In this document: positions 33,020 through 48,880 of the stretch, in pieces | Position numbering within the stretch: the stretch's first letter is position 1 | How the letters are laid out: every line of letters begins with the position of its first letter | From: the human T2T-CHM13v2.0 reference genome, Homo sapiens | DNA length: 64,000 nucleotides | Assembly (NCBI RefSeq): GCF_009914755.1 | Contig: NC_060947.1 | Strand: one strand, 5' to 3' | Position numbers and translations under genes: made by a program | Notes under the pieces: generated by a model | What the model saw: only the letters and a program-made list of their open reading frames with translations | What the model was told of the DNA's origin: nothing | The model's database searches: none

Positions 33020-33419
33020 CTGTCTCCACCAAGACCTTCAAATCCTTCCGGAGGCAGAGGGCCCTTGAGGATTCTCGGAGGCTTGAACGGAAATTCTCTA
33101 CAAAGACCTTGCAAAGCCCTACCCAAGGCGGAGAAGATGAAATATCTGTTAATATGATTGTCATGACAATGTTTTCAGAGATTCCTTCCTTTTGGCAGGA
33201 TATTTACAGTATCTCAGTGTTCAGATTCCAACGAACGCTGTTTCTATCTGTGTCTTAATAAGCCCAGTTGCGCAGAAGGACGTGGCACCCAGAGAGAGCT
33301 TGATAAACGTTGGGTTTTTTGACCGTCCTTGGCATTTGATCTTTGACAGGCAAGCGGGCGTGCAGGTAGGTGGTGTCCACGGGGCGGCCAGCTCAGCAGT
33401 GATGCTTGTCCCGTGCTCA

Positions 33420-34400
33420 GCTGTGGCCTGAATGTCTGTGTTACCCAAATTCCTGTGTTGAAATTGTCTCCCCATCCTTAGTTCAACCATTGTGGAAGAC
33501 AGTGTGGTGATTCCTCAAGGATCTACAACCGGAAATATCATTTGACCCAGCAATTTCATTACTGGGTATATACCCAAAGGATTGTAAATCATTCTCCTAT
33601 AAAGACACATGTGCACGTATGTTTTTGCGGCACTGTTCACAATAGCAAAGACTTGGAACCAATCCAAATGCGCATCAATGACAGACTGGATGAAGAAAAT
33701 GTGGCACATACACACCATGGAATACTATGCAGCCATGAAAAAGGATGAGTTCATGTCCTTTGCAGGGACATGGATGAAGCTGGAAACCATCATTCTCAGC
33801 AAATTCACACAGGAACAGAAAACCAAACACCGCATGTTCTCACCCATAAGTGGGAGCTGAACAATGAGAACACATGGACACAGGAAGGGGAACATCACAC
33901 ACCAGGGCCTGTCAGGGGGTTGGGGGAAGGTGAGGGAGAGCATTAGGAGAAACACCTAATGTAGACGACGGGTTGATGGGTGCAGAAAACCACCATGGCA
34001 CGTGTATACCTATGTAACCAACCTGCACGTTCTGCACATGTACCCCAGAACTTAAAGTATAATAAAAAAAAAAAAAAGGAAAGAAATCCTCTCTCCAAAG
34101 TTGATGATATTGGGAGGTGGGGTCTTTGGGAGGTGAGGAGGTCATAGGGTTGGAGGCTCATGGCTGGGATGACTGCCCTTATAAAAGGGTCGCCGGGGAG
34201 GCCCCTTCCACCACGTGAGGGCACAGAGAGAAGGCGCTGTCTATGAAGCAGGAGGCCTTTCCATACACACAGAACCCACCACACCTGGATCTTTGTCTTC
34301 CAGCCTCCAGAGCTCTGAGCGGTAAATGTCTGCGGTTTCTAAGTTAGCCCCTGTGTTCTGTTCTGGGATAGCCGCAGCCCCAGCCGGCTGGGGTAAGAGA
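33420..34400 (+). mobile_element. MaLR LTR (MLT1A-like) split by an L1PA insertion
   Basis: TGAATGTCTGTGT..CCAAATTCCTGTGTTGAAAT / GGAGGTGGGGTCTTTGGGAGGTGA..GCCCTTATAAAAG..CCACGTGAGGGCACAG..TTCCAGCCTCCAGA. Confidence 0.75.
33479..34082 (+). mobile_element. L1PA 3' end with poly(A)
   Basis: ORF 33609..33860 reads [41 protein letters not shown]; ends CTTAAAGTATAATAAAAAA. Confidence 0.97.
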
Positions 34401-34420
34401 GATAAGAGACCACCTGTGGC

Positions 34421-37400
34421 CCCTCTCCCTGCAACCCCTTTCCCTGTGGGAGCAGGAGCTCCTTCCCTCTCCCTGCAGCCCCTTTCCCTGTGGGAGCAGG
34501 AGCTCCTTCCCTCTCCCTGCATCCCCTTTCCCTGTGGGAGTGAGAGCTCCTTCCCTCTCCCTGCATCCCCTTTCCCTGTGGGAGTGAGAGCTCCTTCCCT
34601 CTCCCTGCATCCCCTTTCCCTGTGGGAGTGAGAGCTCCTTCCCTCTCCCTGCATCCCCTTTCCCTGTGGGAGCAGGAGCTCCTTCCCTCTCCCTGCATCC
34701 CCTTTCCCTGTGGGAGCAGGAGCTCCTTCCCTCTCCCTGCAGCCCCTTTCCCTGTGGGAGCAGGAGCTCCTTCCCTCTCCCTGCATCCCCTTTCCCTGTG
34801 GGAGCAGGAGCTCCTTCCCTCTCCCTGCAGCCCCTTTCCCTGTGGGAGTGAGAGCTCCTTCCCTCTCCCTGCAGCCCCTTTCCCTGTGGGAGTGAGAGCT
34901 CCTTCCCTCTCCCTGCATCCCCTTTCCCTGTGGGAGCAGGAGCTCCTTCCCTCTCCCTGCATCCCCTTTCCCTGTGGGAGCAGGAGCTCCTTCCCTCTCC
35001 CTGCAGCCCCTTTCCCTGTGGGAGCAGGAGCTCCTTCCCTCTCCCTGCATCCCCTTTCCCTGTGGGAGTGAGAGCTCCTTCCCTCTCCCTGCATCCCCTT
35101 TCCCTGTGGGAGTGAGAGCTCCTTCCCTCTCCCTGCATCCCCTTTCCCTGTGGGAGTGAGAGCTCCTTCCCTCTCCCTGCATCCCCTTTCCCTGTGGGAG
35201 CAGGAGCTCCTTCCCTCTCCCTGCATCCCCTTTCCCTGTGGGAGTGAGAGCTCCTTCCCTCTCCCTGCAGCCCCTTTCCCTGTGGGAGCAGGAGCTCCTT
35301 CCCTCTGCCTGCATCCCCTTTCCCTGTGGGAGTGAGAGCTCCTTCCCTCTCCCTGCAGCCCCTTTCCCTGTGGGAGTGAGAGCTCCTTCCCTCTCCCTGC
35401 ATCCCCTTTCCCTGTGGGAGTGAGAGCTCCTTCCCTCTCCCTGCATCCCCTTTCCCTGTGGGAGCAGGAGCTCCTTCCCTCTCCCTGCATCCCCTTTCCC
35501 TGTGGGAGTGAGAGCTCCTTCCCTCTCCCTGCATCCCCTTTCCCTGTGGGAGTGAGAGCTCCTTCCCTCTCCCTGCATCCCCTTTCCCTGTGGGAGCAGG
35601 AGCTCCTTCCCTCTCCCTGCATCCCCTTTCCCTGTGGGAGTGAGAGCTCCTTCCCTCTCCCTGCATCCCCTTTCCCTGTGGGAGTGAGAGCTCCTTCCCT
35701 CTCCCTGCATCCCCTTTCCCTGTGGGAGTGAGAGCTCCTTCCCTCTCCCTGCATCCCCTTTCCCTGTGGGAGTGAGAGCTCCTTCCCTCTCCCTGCATCC
35801 CCTTTCCCTGTGGGAGCAGGAGCTCCTTCCCTCTCCCTGCATCCCCTTTCCCTGTGGGAGCAGGAGCTCCTTCCCTCTCCCTGCATCCCCTTTCCCTGTG
35901 GGAGTGAGAGCTCCTTCCCTCTCCCTGCAGCCCCTTTCCCTGTGGGAGCAGGAGCTCCTTCCCTCTCCCTGCATCCCCTTTCCCTGTGGGAGCAGGAGCT
36001 CCTTCCCTCTCCCTGCATCCCCTTTCCCTGTGGGAGCAGGAGCTCCTTCCCTCTCCCTGCATCCCCTTTCCCTGTGGGAGTGAGAGCTCCTTCCCTCTCC
36101 CTGCATCCCCTTTCCCTGTGGGAGTGAGAGCTCCTTCCCTCTCCCTGCAGCCCCTTTCCCTGTGGGAGCAGGAGCTCCTTCCCTCTCCCTGCATCCCCTT
36201 TCCCTGTGGGAGCAGGAGCTCCTTCCCTCTCCCTGCAGCCCCTTTCCCTGTGGGAGTGAGAGCTCCTTCCCTCTCCCTGCATCCCCTTTCCCTGTGGGAG
36301 TGAGAGCTCCTTCCCTCTCCCTGCATCCCCTTTCCCTGTGGGAGTGAGAGCTCCTTCCCTCTCCCTGCAGCCCCTTTCCCTGTGGGAGTGAGAGCTCCTT
36401 CCCTCTCCCTGCATCCCCTTTCCCTGTGGGAGCAGGAGCTCCTTCCCTCTCCCTGCATCCCCTTTCCCTGTGGGAGTGAGAGCTCCTTCCCTCTCCCTGC
36501 ATCCCCTTTCCCTGTGGGAGTGAGAGCTCCTTCCCTCTCCCTGCATCCCCTTTCCCTGTGGGAGTGAGAGCTCCTTCCCTCTCCCTGCATCCCCTTTCCC
36601 TGTGGGAGTGAGAGCTCCTTCCCTCTCCCTGCATCCCCTTTCCCTGTGGGAGCAGGAGCTCCTTCCCTCTCCCTGCATCCCCTTTCCCTGTGGGAGTGAG
36701 AGCTCCTTCCCTCTCCCTGCATCCCCTTTCCCTGTGGGAGTGAGAGCTCCTTCCCTCTCCCTGCATCCCCTTTCCCTGTGGGAGTGAGAGCTCCTTCCCT
36801 CTCCCTGCAGCCCCTTTCCCTGTGGGAGCAGGAGCTCCTTCCCTCTCCCTGCATCCCCTTTCCCTGTGGGAGTGAGAGCTCCTTCCCTCTCCCTGCATCC
36901 CCTTTCCCTGTGGGAGCAGGAGCTCCTTCCCTCTCCCTGAATCCCCTTTCCCTGTGGGAGTGAGAGCTCCTTCCCTCTCCCTGCATCCCCTTTCCCTGTG
37001 GGAGTGAGAGCTCCTTCCCTCTCCCTGCAGCCCCTTTCCCTGTGGGAGTGAGAGCTCCTTCCCTCTCCCTGCAGCCCCTTTCCCTGTGGGAGTGAGAGCT
37101 CCTTCCCTCTCCCTGCATCCCCTTTCCCTGTGGGAGTGAGAGCTCCTTCCCTCTCCCTGCATCCCCTTTCCCTGTGGGAGTGAGAGCTCCTTCCCTCTCC
37201 CTGCAGCCCCTTTCCCTGTGGGAGCAGGAGCTCCTTCCCTCTCCCTGCAGCCCCTTTCCCTGTGGGAGTGAGAGCTCCTTCCCTCTCCCTGCATCCCCTT
37301 TCCCTGTGGGAGTGAGAGCTCCTTCCCTCTCCCTGCAGCCCCTTTCCCTGTGGGAGTGAGAGCTCCTTCCCTCTCCCTGCATCCCCTTTCCCTGTGGGAG

Positions 37401-38866
37401 TGAGAGCTCCTTCCCTCTCCCTGCAGCCCCTTTCCCTGTGGGAGCAGGAGCTCCTTCCCTCTCCCTGCATCCCCTTTCCCTGTGGGAGTGAGAGCTCCTT
37501 CCCTCTCCCTGCATCCCCTTTCCCTGTGGGAGTGAGAGCTCCTTCCCTCTCCCTGCAGCCCCTTTCCCTGTGGGAGCAGGAGCTCCTTCCCTCTCCCTGC
37601 ATCCCCTTTCCCTGTGGGAGTGAGAGCTCCTTCCCTCTCCCTGCAGCCCCTTTCCCTGTGGGAGTGAGAGCTCCTTCCCTCTCCCTGCATCCCCTTTCCC
37701 TGTGGGAGCAGGAGCTCCTTCCCTCTCCCTGCAGCCCCTTTCCCTGTGGGAGCAGGAGCTCCTTCCCTCTCCCTGCATCCCCTTTCCCTGTGGGAGTGAG
37801 AGCTCCTTCCCTCTCCCTGCATCCCCTTTCCCTGTGGGAGTGAGAGCTCCTTCCCTCTCCCTGCAGCCCCTTTCCCTGTGGGAGCAGGAGCTCCTTCCCT
37901 CTCCCTGCAGCCCCTTTCCCTGTGGGAGTGAGAGCTCCTTCCCTCTCCCTGCAGCCCCTTTCCCTGTGGGAGCAGGAGCTCCTTCCCTCTCCCTGCATCC
38001 CCTTTCCCTGTGGGAGTGAGAGCTCCTTCCCTCTCCCTGCATCCCCTTTCCCTGTGGGAGTGAGAGCTCCTTCCCTCTCCCTGCAGCCCCTTTCCCTGTG
38101 GGAGCAGGAGCTCCTTCCCTCTCCCTGCATCCCCTTTCCCTGTGGGAGTGAGAGCTCCTTCCCTCTCCCTGCATCCCCTTTCCCTGTGGGAGTGAGAGCT
38201 CCTTCCCTCTCCCTGCAGCCCCTTTCCCTGTGGGAGTGAGAGCTCCTTCCCTCTCCCTGCATCCCCTTTCCCTGTGGGAGCAGGAGCTCCTTCCCTCTCC
38301 CTGCATCCCCTTTCCCTGTGGGAGCAGGAGCTCCTTCCCTCTCCCTGCATCCCCTTTCCCTGTGGGAGTGAGAGCTCCTTCCCTCTCCCTGCAGCCCCTT
38401 TCCCTGTGGGAGTGAGAGCTCCTTCCCTCTCCCTGCATCCCCTTTCCCTGTGGGAGTGAGAGCTCCTTCCCTCTCCCTGCATCCCCTTTCCCTGTGGGAG
38501 TGAGAGCTCCTTCCCTCTCCCTGCATCCCCTTTCCCTGTGGGAGTGAGAGCTCCTTCCCTCTCCCTGCAGCCCCTTTCCCTGTGGGAGTGAGAGCTCCTT
38601 CCCTCTCCCTGCAGCCCCTTTCCCTGTGGGAGCAGGAGCTCCTTCCCTCTCCCTGCATCCCCTTTCCCTGTGGGAGTGAGAGCTCCTTCCCTCTCCCTGC
38701 ATCCCCTTTCCCTGTGGGAGTGAGAGCTCCTTCCCTCTCCCTGCATCCCCTTTCCCTGTGGGAGTGAGAGCTCCTTCCCTCTCCCTGCATCCCCTTTCCC
38801 TGTGGGAGCAGGAGCTCCTTCCCTCTCCCTGCATCCCCTTTCCCTGTGGGAGCAGGAGCTCCTTCC
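34421..38866 (+). repeat. 44-bp VNTR, ~101 near-identical units
   Basis: Unit CCCTCTCCCTGCA(T/G)CCCCTTTCCCTGTGGGAG(TGA/CAG)GAGCTCCTT; open in all three minus frames. Confidence 0.99.
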
Positions 38867-38949
38867 TCCACTGAAGAGATGAAGGGTCTCCACTCTGGCT
38901 TTTAGCAGGGGCAGAGGTTGCAGGTTCTGTGGGGGCTGCAGACTGGACT

Positions 38950-39475
38950 GTGCCTCTCTCTCTCTCTTTTTCTCTTCTCTGCATTTTCCCTCGCTTCTCT
39001 CTCTTTCTTTCTCTTCTCTCTGTTTTTTTCCTCTTTTTTTCTCTCCCCGTCTCTCCTCTTCCTCTCTCTCTCTCTCTCACGTCTCCGTGTTTCTCCCCCT
39101 CTTTCTCTCTGTCTCTCTTCTGTCTGTTTCATTCCTTTTTTCTCTCTGTGCCTGTCTCTCTCCTCTTCCTCTCCCTGTCTCTCTCCCCCTCTCTGTCTGT
39201 GTTTCTGCCCCTCTCTTTCTCTCTTCTCTCTGTTTTTTTCCTCTTTTTCTCTCCCCTTCTCTCTTCTCTTCCTCTCCGTCTGCCTCTGTCCCTCCCCTCT
39301 CTTTCTTCCTCTCCCTCTCTCTTCTCTCTCTCTCCCCTCTCCTCTTTCCTTTCTCTGTTTCATTCCTCTCTTTTCTCTCTCTTCTCTCCCTCTCCCTTCT
39401 CCCCCCTCCTCTCACTGCATCCCAATCCTTTCCTGGCCGTCCTCTCGCCCTCCTTCGCCTCCTCCTCTCCTGGAG
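38950..39475 (+). repeat. CT-rich low-complexity tract
   Basis: Polypyrimidine (CT)n with an internal block duplication. Confidence 0.9.
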
Positions 39476-39811
39476 GGTCCTACATTCTACTCCTGGCTCT
39501 TTCCTTCTCACTCTAGGTTCTCCCAGGGACTTCATCCACACCTATAATCTCATCCACCATCTCAATTCCTACGTCTGTGTTTTCACCCGGGAGCAGGGCT
39601 CAGCCAATCTTTTATTATTATCATTATTATTTTAAATAAAGGACTAGATGGTAAGAAAAAATACTGTGCATGTGGGTGCTGGATCTTTGCTGTCCTCATG
39701 GCCCCTGGTCCGTGAGGTTGCCCCTAAAACATATTTAAGAGAGTATCTCTGAAGTGTCTTCCTACCCTCATTAAATCTCTCATACACGGTCACCTCCCGG
39801 GATAAGACGCC

Positions 39812-40925
<1,114 letters not shown>

Positions 40926-41497
40926 AAGTCGTGTCCTGTATCAGCCAATGCTGGATTTCAGGTAGGCGGCTGGATTGAAAGATGGATAAATGAATAAGTG
41001 GGTGAGTGATTGACATCAGGGACCAGTTGGGGTGGGAGGTGAAGGGGCTTAACCCTCCATCCTCCACCTCAGCCTGTATAATATTATTTTATTCTTCTAA
41101 GGTAACATGAGTTTCTCTCTTTGGGGTTTATCTCTTTTAAAGTTTTGATGTATGTACGCTTTCTCCATCTTGCTGTCTTTGTTCACCTCTAACAATGTAT
41201 TTTGTTCGATATAAGGTGCTTTGGTGTTTCGTTGTATTTTTTTAAGTTTGATTCTCCCTTTTCCATTTTTCTGTCTCCATGGCGGAGTCCCGGGACCTCC
41301 CCAGGGACGGGCGAGTCACAATATCTGTGGCCGACGGGCCCATCTGTCTTCCTCTCCTGCGTTTTTCAACGATGGTCCATTATGCAAACGATCCTGGCCA
41401 GAGACAAGGAATAATATCAGATAAGGGAGAATTACAATGCCATAAATAGAAGAAGGCTTTTTTTTTTTTTTGGAATATAAACTTGATCATTTTTTTT

Positions 41498-41793
41498 AAA
41501 TTTTATTATTATTATATTTTAAGTTTTAGGGTACATGTGCACAACGTGCAGGTTTCTTACATATGTATACATGTGCCATGTGTTTTTTGTAACATGGTAA
41601 TACTCTCTTAGAGAAAGGACCACACTCCCTTTATTCGTTTTTCCCTGGTATGTTATTAGTTTTTGTTTCTTTTTTTTTTTTTTAATTTTACTTTAAGTTC
41701 TGGGATACATATGCAGAACGTGCAGGTTTGTTACATAGGTATATACACGTGCCACGGTGGTTGGCTGCACCCATCCACCCGTCATCTACATTA
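41498..41793 (-). mobile_element. Two short L1PA 3'-terminal fragments
   Basis: TTTAAGTTTTAGGGTACATGTGCACAACGTGCAGG at ~41518 and TTTAAGTTCTGGGATACATATGCAGAACGTGCAGG at ~41692. Confidence 0.85.
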
Positions 41794-41794
41794 G

Positions 41795-42324
<530 letters not shown>

Positions 42325-43087
42325 TTAGGCACAAAGACTGAACTATCTCATGCATTCTTGTAACACCTTGGAAGATGACTTTCCAGCCACGTTCTGTTAT
42401 TAGAAAATAAATTAGAAAAATTCTTGGTGAGTGTTTCTATGTATTCCAGGCTACACCTCCCTACCCTCCCCCCCTTTTTTTTTTAAAGCCAGCGTGACTC
42501 TGACCTTTGGTAACCTCACATTCTTTGCTCAAAAACATGTGATATGAACACAGATGGCTTTCATGCCAACCTAAGTGGTATCATATGCCTCCCTGAAGCC
42601 CCCGGCTCCGGCCAGCCAATTTGCACTTTTTTGCCGCTGAGGAATTGGTACGACGTGCAAACAATTCTGCCTTATCAAAAGCAGGACACCTTTTAAACTC
42701 TGTGCAAAGTCCTCATATTGGCTTGATGAATAGCTTGGACACGCACCCACACACAGGATGTTTTGACTTGTGGGTTTAGCCTTGGGATCTGGAGGTTTTG
42801 ATTTCACCTCAGCTGACATGAACCAGAGACGGTGGGCTGAGAAAGGAATCGCTCTTCTGAAAATGAGGCATTTCCAGAGCTCAAAGGGAAGGGAAAAGGA
42901 AGTCAGTGTCTTCCCTGGTTGACGAAGTATGGGAGGTTTCTTTTTCTTTAGGAGTACCTTTCCTCAGGCCTCCCCCGATATTATGGGACATTTGCGGACC
43001 TGGATTTTTCTGGACAGAATTTATCTCAGTGTGGCTGTGATTGACAATGAGAGTCTAAACACAAATAAGTAGAAATATCTTAAACTT

Positions 43088-43976
43088 AAAGAACTTAAAC
43101 AAATTGACAAGAAAAAAAACAACCCATCAAAAAGTGGGCAAAGGATATGAACAGACACTTCTCAAAAGAAGACATTTATGCAGCCAACAAACCTATAAAA
43201 AAAATGCTCACCATCACTGGCCATCAGAGAAATGCAAATCAAAACCACGATGAGATACCATCTCACGCCAGTTAGAATACGATCAGTAAAAAGTCGGGAA
43301 ACAACAGGTGCTGGAGAGGATGTGGAGAAATAGGAACGCTTTTACACTGTTGGTGGGACTGTAAACTAGTTCAACCATTGTGGAAGACAGTGTGGCGATT
43401 CCTCAGGGATCTAGAACCAGAAATACCATTTGACCCAGCCATCCCATTACTGGGTATATACCCAAAGGAGTATAAATCGTGCTGCTATAAAGACACACGC
43501 ACACGTATGTTTATTGCGGCACTATTCACAATAGCAAAGACTTGGAACCAACCCAAATGTCCATCAGCGATAGACTGGATGAAGAAAATGTGGCACATAC
43601 ACACCATGGAATACTATGCAGCCATCAAAAAGGATGAGTTCATGTCCTTTGCAGGGACATGGATGAAGCTGGAAACCACCATTGTCAGCAAACTGTCGCA
43701 AGGACAGAAAACCAAACACTGCATGTTCTCCTTCATAAGTGGGAGTTGAACAATGAGAACACATGGACACAGGGAGGGGAACATCACACACCAGGGCCTG
43801 TCGGGGGCTGGGGGAGCTAGGGGAGGGAGAGCATTAGGACAAATACCTAATGTAGATGACGGGTTGATGGGTGCAGCAAACCACCATGGCACGTGTACAC
43901 CTACGTAACAAACCTGCCCGTTCTCCACATGTACCCAGAACGTAAAGTGTAATTTAAAAAATAAATAAAAATAAAT
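43088..43976 (+). mobile_element. L1PA 3' end (~890 bp)
   Basis: GAACTTAAACAAATT..AAGTGGGCAAAGGATATGAACAGACACTTCTC; ORF 43378..43749 is the ORF2p C-terminus; A-rich tail. Confidence 0.97.
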
Positions 43977-44179
43977 TTATCAACTGTCCTTTCTTCTCCA
44001 ACTGGCAGAGCACCTTCCCTTTCTGTTGCATTTTTTTCCTCATCTTTCTGCAAGAATTCTCTCTTCCAGGAACAAGCCCTCTTTGGCAGTGGAGCTCTGG
44101 GGCCATTCTTATCCAGAACAGACATGCCTGGGCAACTAGACATAGAGAAATTATGAGTTTTTTATTTTATTTCATGGAC

Positions 44180-44478
44180 TATTTATTTATTTTTTAGAGA
44201 CAAAGTCTTGCTCTGTTTCTCAGGCTGGAGTGCAGTGGTACAATCAAAGCTCATGGCAGCCTCAACCCCCTGGGCTCAAGGGAATCCTCCTGCCTCAGCC
44301 TCCCAAGTAGCTGGGACCACAGGCACCCACCACCACGCCTGACTCATTTTTTGTATTTTTAGTAGAGACGGGGTTTCACTGTGTTAGCCAGGATGGTCTC
44401 GATCTCCTGACCTCATGATCCGCCTGCCTCGGCCTCCTAAAGTGCTGGGATGACAGGCATCAGCCATCACACCCAGCT
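44180..44478 (-). mobile_element. Chimeric Alu (J-type right arm, Y-type left arm)
   Basis: CAATCAAAGCTCATGGCAGCCTCAACCCCCTGGGCTCAAG (J-like) versus TGTGTTAGCCAGGATGGTCTCGATCTCC (Y-like). Confidence 0.75.
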
Positions 44479-44614
44479 CAATTTTTTATTTTGAATGAGA
44501 GAGCAAAGTAGGATTGTGAGTGAGGTTCTATTTTGCTGTAAGAGGAAAAGAAAACATACCTCCAGGGATAATCACCCTCATTCCATAGGAGAAAGTCATT
44601 TTACGTCGAGCTTG

Positions 44615-44848
44615 ATGGCTCATGCCTGTCATCCCAGCACTTTGGGAGGCTGAGATGAGTGTTCAGGGGTTGTAGACCAGTCTGGGCAACATGGTGAAAC
44701 CCCATCTCTACTAAAATACAAAACATCAGCCAGGTGTGGTGGTGCATGCCTGTAATCCCAGCTACTCAGGAGGCTGAGGCATGTGAATTGCTTGAGCCCA
44801 GGAGGTGGAGGTTGCAGTTAGCAGAGATCGCACCACTGCACAGCCTGC
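44615..44848 (+). mobile_element. Alu, internally deleted and tail-less
   Basis: TGGCTCATGCCTGTCATCCCAGCACTTTGGG..CACTGCACAGCCTG. Confidence 0.85.
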
Positions 44849-44977
44849 TTGGCTGTTTTATTCTCTGCAGCTCCTCTGGTCCTGGTGGGTTCATTTCTTT
44901 GCTCCCATCTCAGTGAGATCTGGGGAAGGAGCAGGTTGAACACCTGGATCCAAACAGCCAGGCTTAGCAAAAGTCTG

Positions 44978-45005
44978 TCTTTCTTTCTTTTCTTTTCCTT
45001 CTTTC

Positions 45006-45067
<62 letters not shown>

Positions 45068-45112
45068 CTTTCTTTCTTTTCTTTCTTTCTCTTTCTTTCT
45101 TTTCTTTCTTTC

Positions 45113-45144
<32 letters not shown>

Positions 45145-45698
45145 TCCTTTCTTTCTCTTTTTTCTTTCTTTCTTTCTTTCTTGCTTTCTCTTTCTTTCTT
45201 TTTCTTTCTTTTCTTTCTCTTTCTTTCTTTTCTTTCTTTCTCTTTCTTTCTTTTCTTTCTTTCTTTCTTTCTCTTTTTTCTTTCTTTCTTGCTTGCTTTC
45301 TCTTTCTTTCTCTTTCTTTCTTTCCTTTCTTTCTTTCTTTCTTTCTTTCCTTTCTTTCTCTTTTTTCTTTCTTTCTTTCTTGCTTGCTTTCTCTTTCTTT
45401 TCTTTCTTTCTCTTTCTTTCTTTTTCCTTTCTTCCTTCCTTTTTTCCTTCCTTCCTTTCTTCCCTTCTTTCTTTCTTTCTCTTTTTTCTTTCTTTCTTTC
45501 TTGCTTGCTTGCTTTCTCTTTCTTTCTTTCTTTTCTTTCTTTTTCCTTTCTTCCTTCCTTTCTTTTTTCCTTCCTTCCTTTCTTCCCTTCTTTCTTCCCT
45601 TCTTTCTTTCTTCTTTCTTTCTTTCTTTCTTTCTTTCAGAAAAACTTTCTTTCTTTCTTTCCTTCCTTCCTTCCTTTCTGTTTTCTTTCTCTTCTTTT
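44978..45698 (+). repeat. (CTTT)n complex microsatellite at the FABP5 retrocopy poly(A) position
   Basis: About 720 bp of CTTT/CCTT ending directly at TTTTTTGGCACAAACACATTTATTTAT. Confidence 0.95.
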
Positions 45699-45781
45699 TG
45701 GCACAAACACATTTATTTATTTACTTTTAATAATAAATAAACACATTTATTTATTATTTACTTATTTTTGTAAATAAGTAA

Positions 45782-46071
<290 letters not shown>

Positions 46072-46258
46072 ACACATTTATTTATTAACCAAAGGGATGA
46101 TCCTAATTAATCCAACACTTTGAAATAGCTGCATGGAAAATGGTTGTGATAAAGATAATTGAACACAGTAATGAAAAAAGAAGCACTATGCAGATTTGCT
46201 TCATTGGACTGAGCATGTTTATTCTCGTAGTTAATTCCTGTCCAAAGTAATGATGCGA

Positions 46259-46562
46259 TTTTTATTTATTTTATTTTATTTTATTTATTTATTTTTTTGA
46301 GATGGAGTCTCACTCTGTTGCCCAGGCTGGAGTGCAATGGCAGGATCTCGGCTCACTGCAACCTCCACCTCTCCTGCCTCAGCCTCCCGAGTAGCTGGGA
46401 CTACAGGCGCCCGCCACCACACCCGGCTCATTTTTGTATTCTTAGCAGAGACGGGGTTTCACCATGTTGGTCAGGCTGCTCTCAAACTCCTGATCTCATG
46501 ATTTGCCCACCTCAGCCTCCCAAAGTGCTGGGATGACAGGCCTGAGCCACCGCACCTGACCA
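46259..46562 (-). mobile_element. Alu inserted just after the FABP5 retrocopy stop position
   Basis: ATGATGC..GATTTT on both sides (degenerate TSD). Confidence 0.92.
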
Positions 46563-47051
46563 TGATGCTGGGATTTTGATTCTACTTGTTCATAGATGTG
46601 AGTAGAGGTGACTTTGCTCATCACACAGTCCGACACTAATTTCCCATCTTTTGGTTTTCTTGTTAGTCTGAGTTTTTCTGTCCTCACTTGTGGTTTCTTC
46701 AAACTTCTCTCCCAGGGTACAGGAACACTGTCTTCTCAAAGTGCCCTCAGTTTTTCTGGTGAGACTTTTGCCATCACAAGTCACGATACAATCTGGTTCG
46801 GCCATTGAGTCCGTTTTTCCCAAAGCGATTCAGACTCCTAGTTCCTTCACGTATTCATCAAAGCGTTTGCTGTCCACCAGGTGCCATCTTCCTTCCAGCT
46901 GTTGGATGGGGGCCAATTCCTTAGAAGGGCGGGGGTCTCGGAGAGATGGATGAGGCTTCCTGGAGAAAGGTGGGTTGGCCCTGACCTGAAGGGAGGGTGC
47001 AGCCTGGGGCAGGGGAAGGGGTCCATGCTGGGTGCATCCATGCAGAGATAA

Positions 47052-47462
<411 letters not shown>

Positions 47463-47549
47463 TGATCGTACCTCCATTTAGAATTGGAACGTGTCTGTGG
47501 AAACCAATCCACAAACACAGACAAAAATGAGGAAGAACTTACGGGATTT

Positions 47550-48880
<1,331 letters not shown>

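Noticed and set aside
34421-38866. PRDM9 13-mer (CCNCCNTNNCCNC) in the VNTR unit
   Set aside because: Checked by eye; no exact match found, so not claimed.
34241-39080. Three ~1500-aa ORFs on the minus strand
   Set aside because: All three frames are open only because the 44-bp unit lacks minus-strand stops; no non-repetitive domain or gene structure.
46577-46916. Functional FABP5 paralog
   Set aside because: Lost ATG, premature TGA, frameshifting deletion and lost stop.
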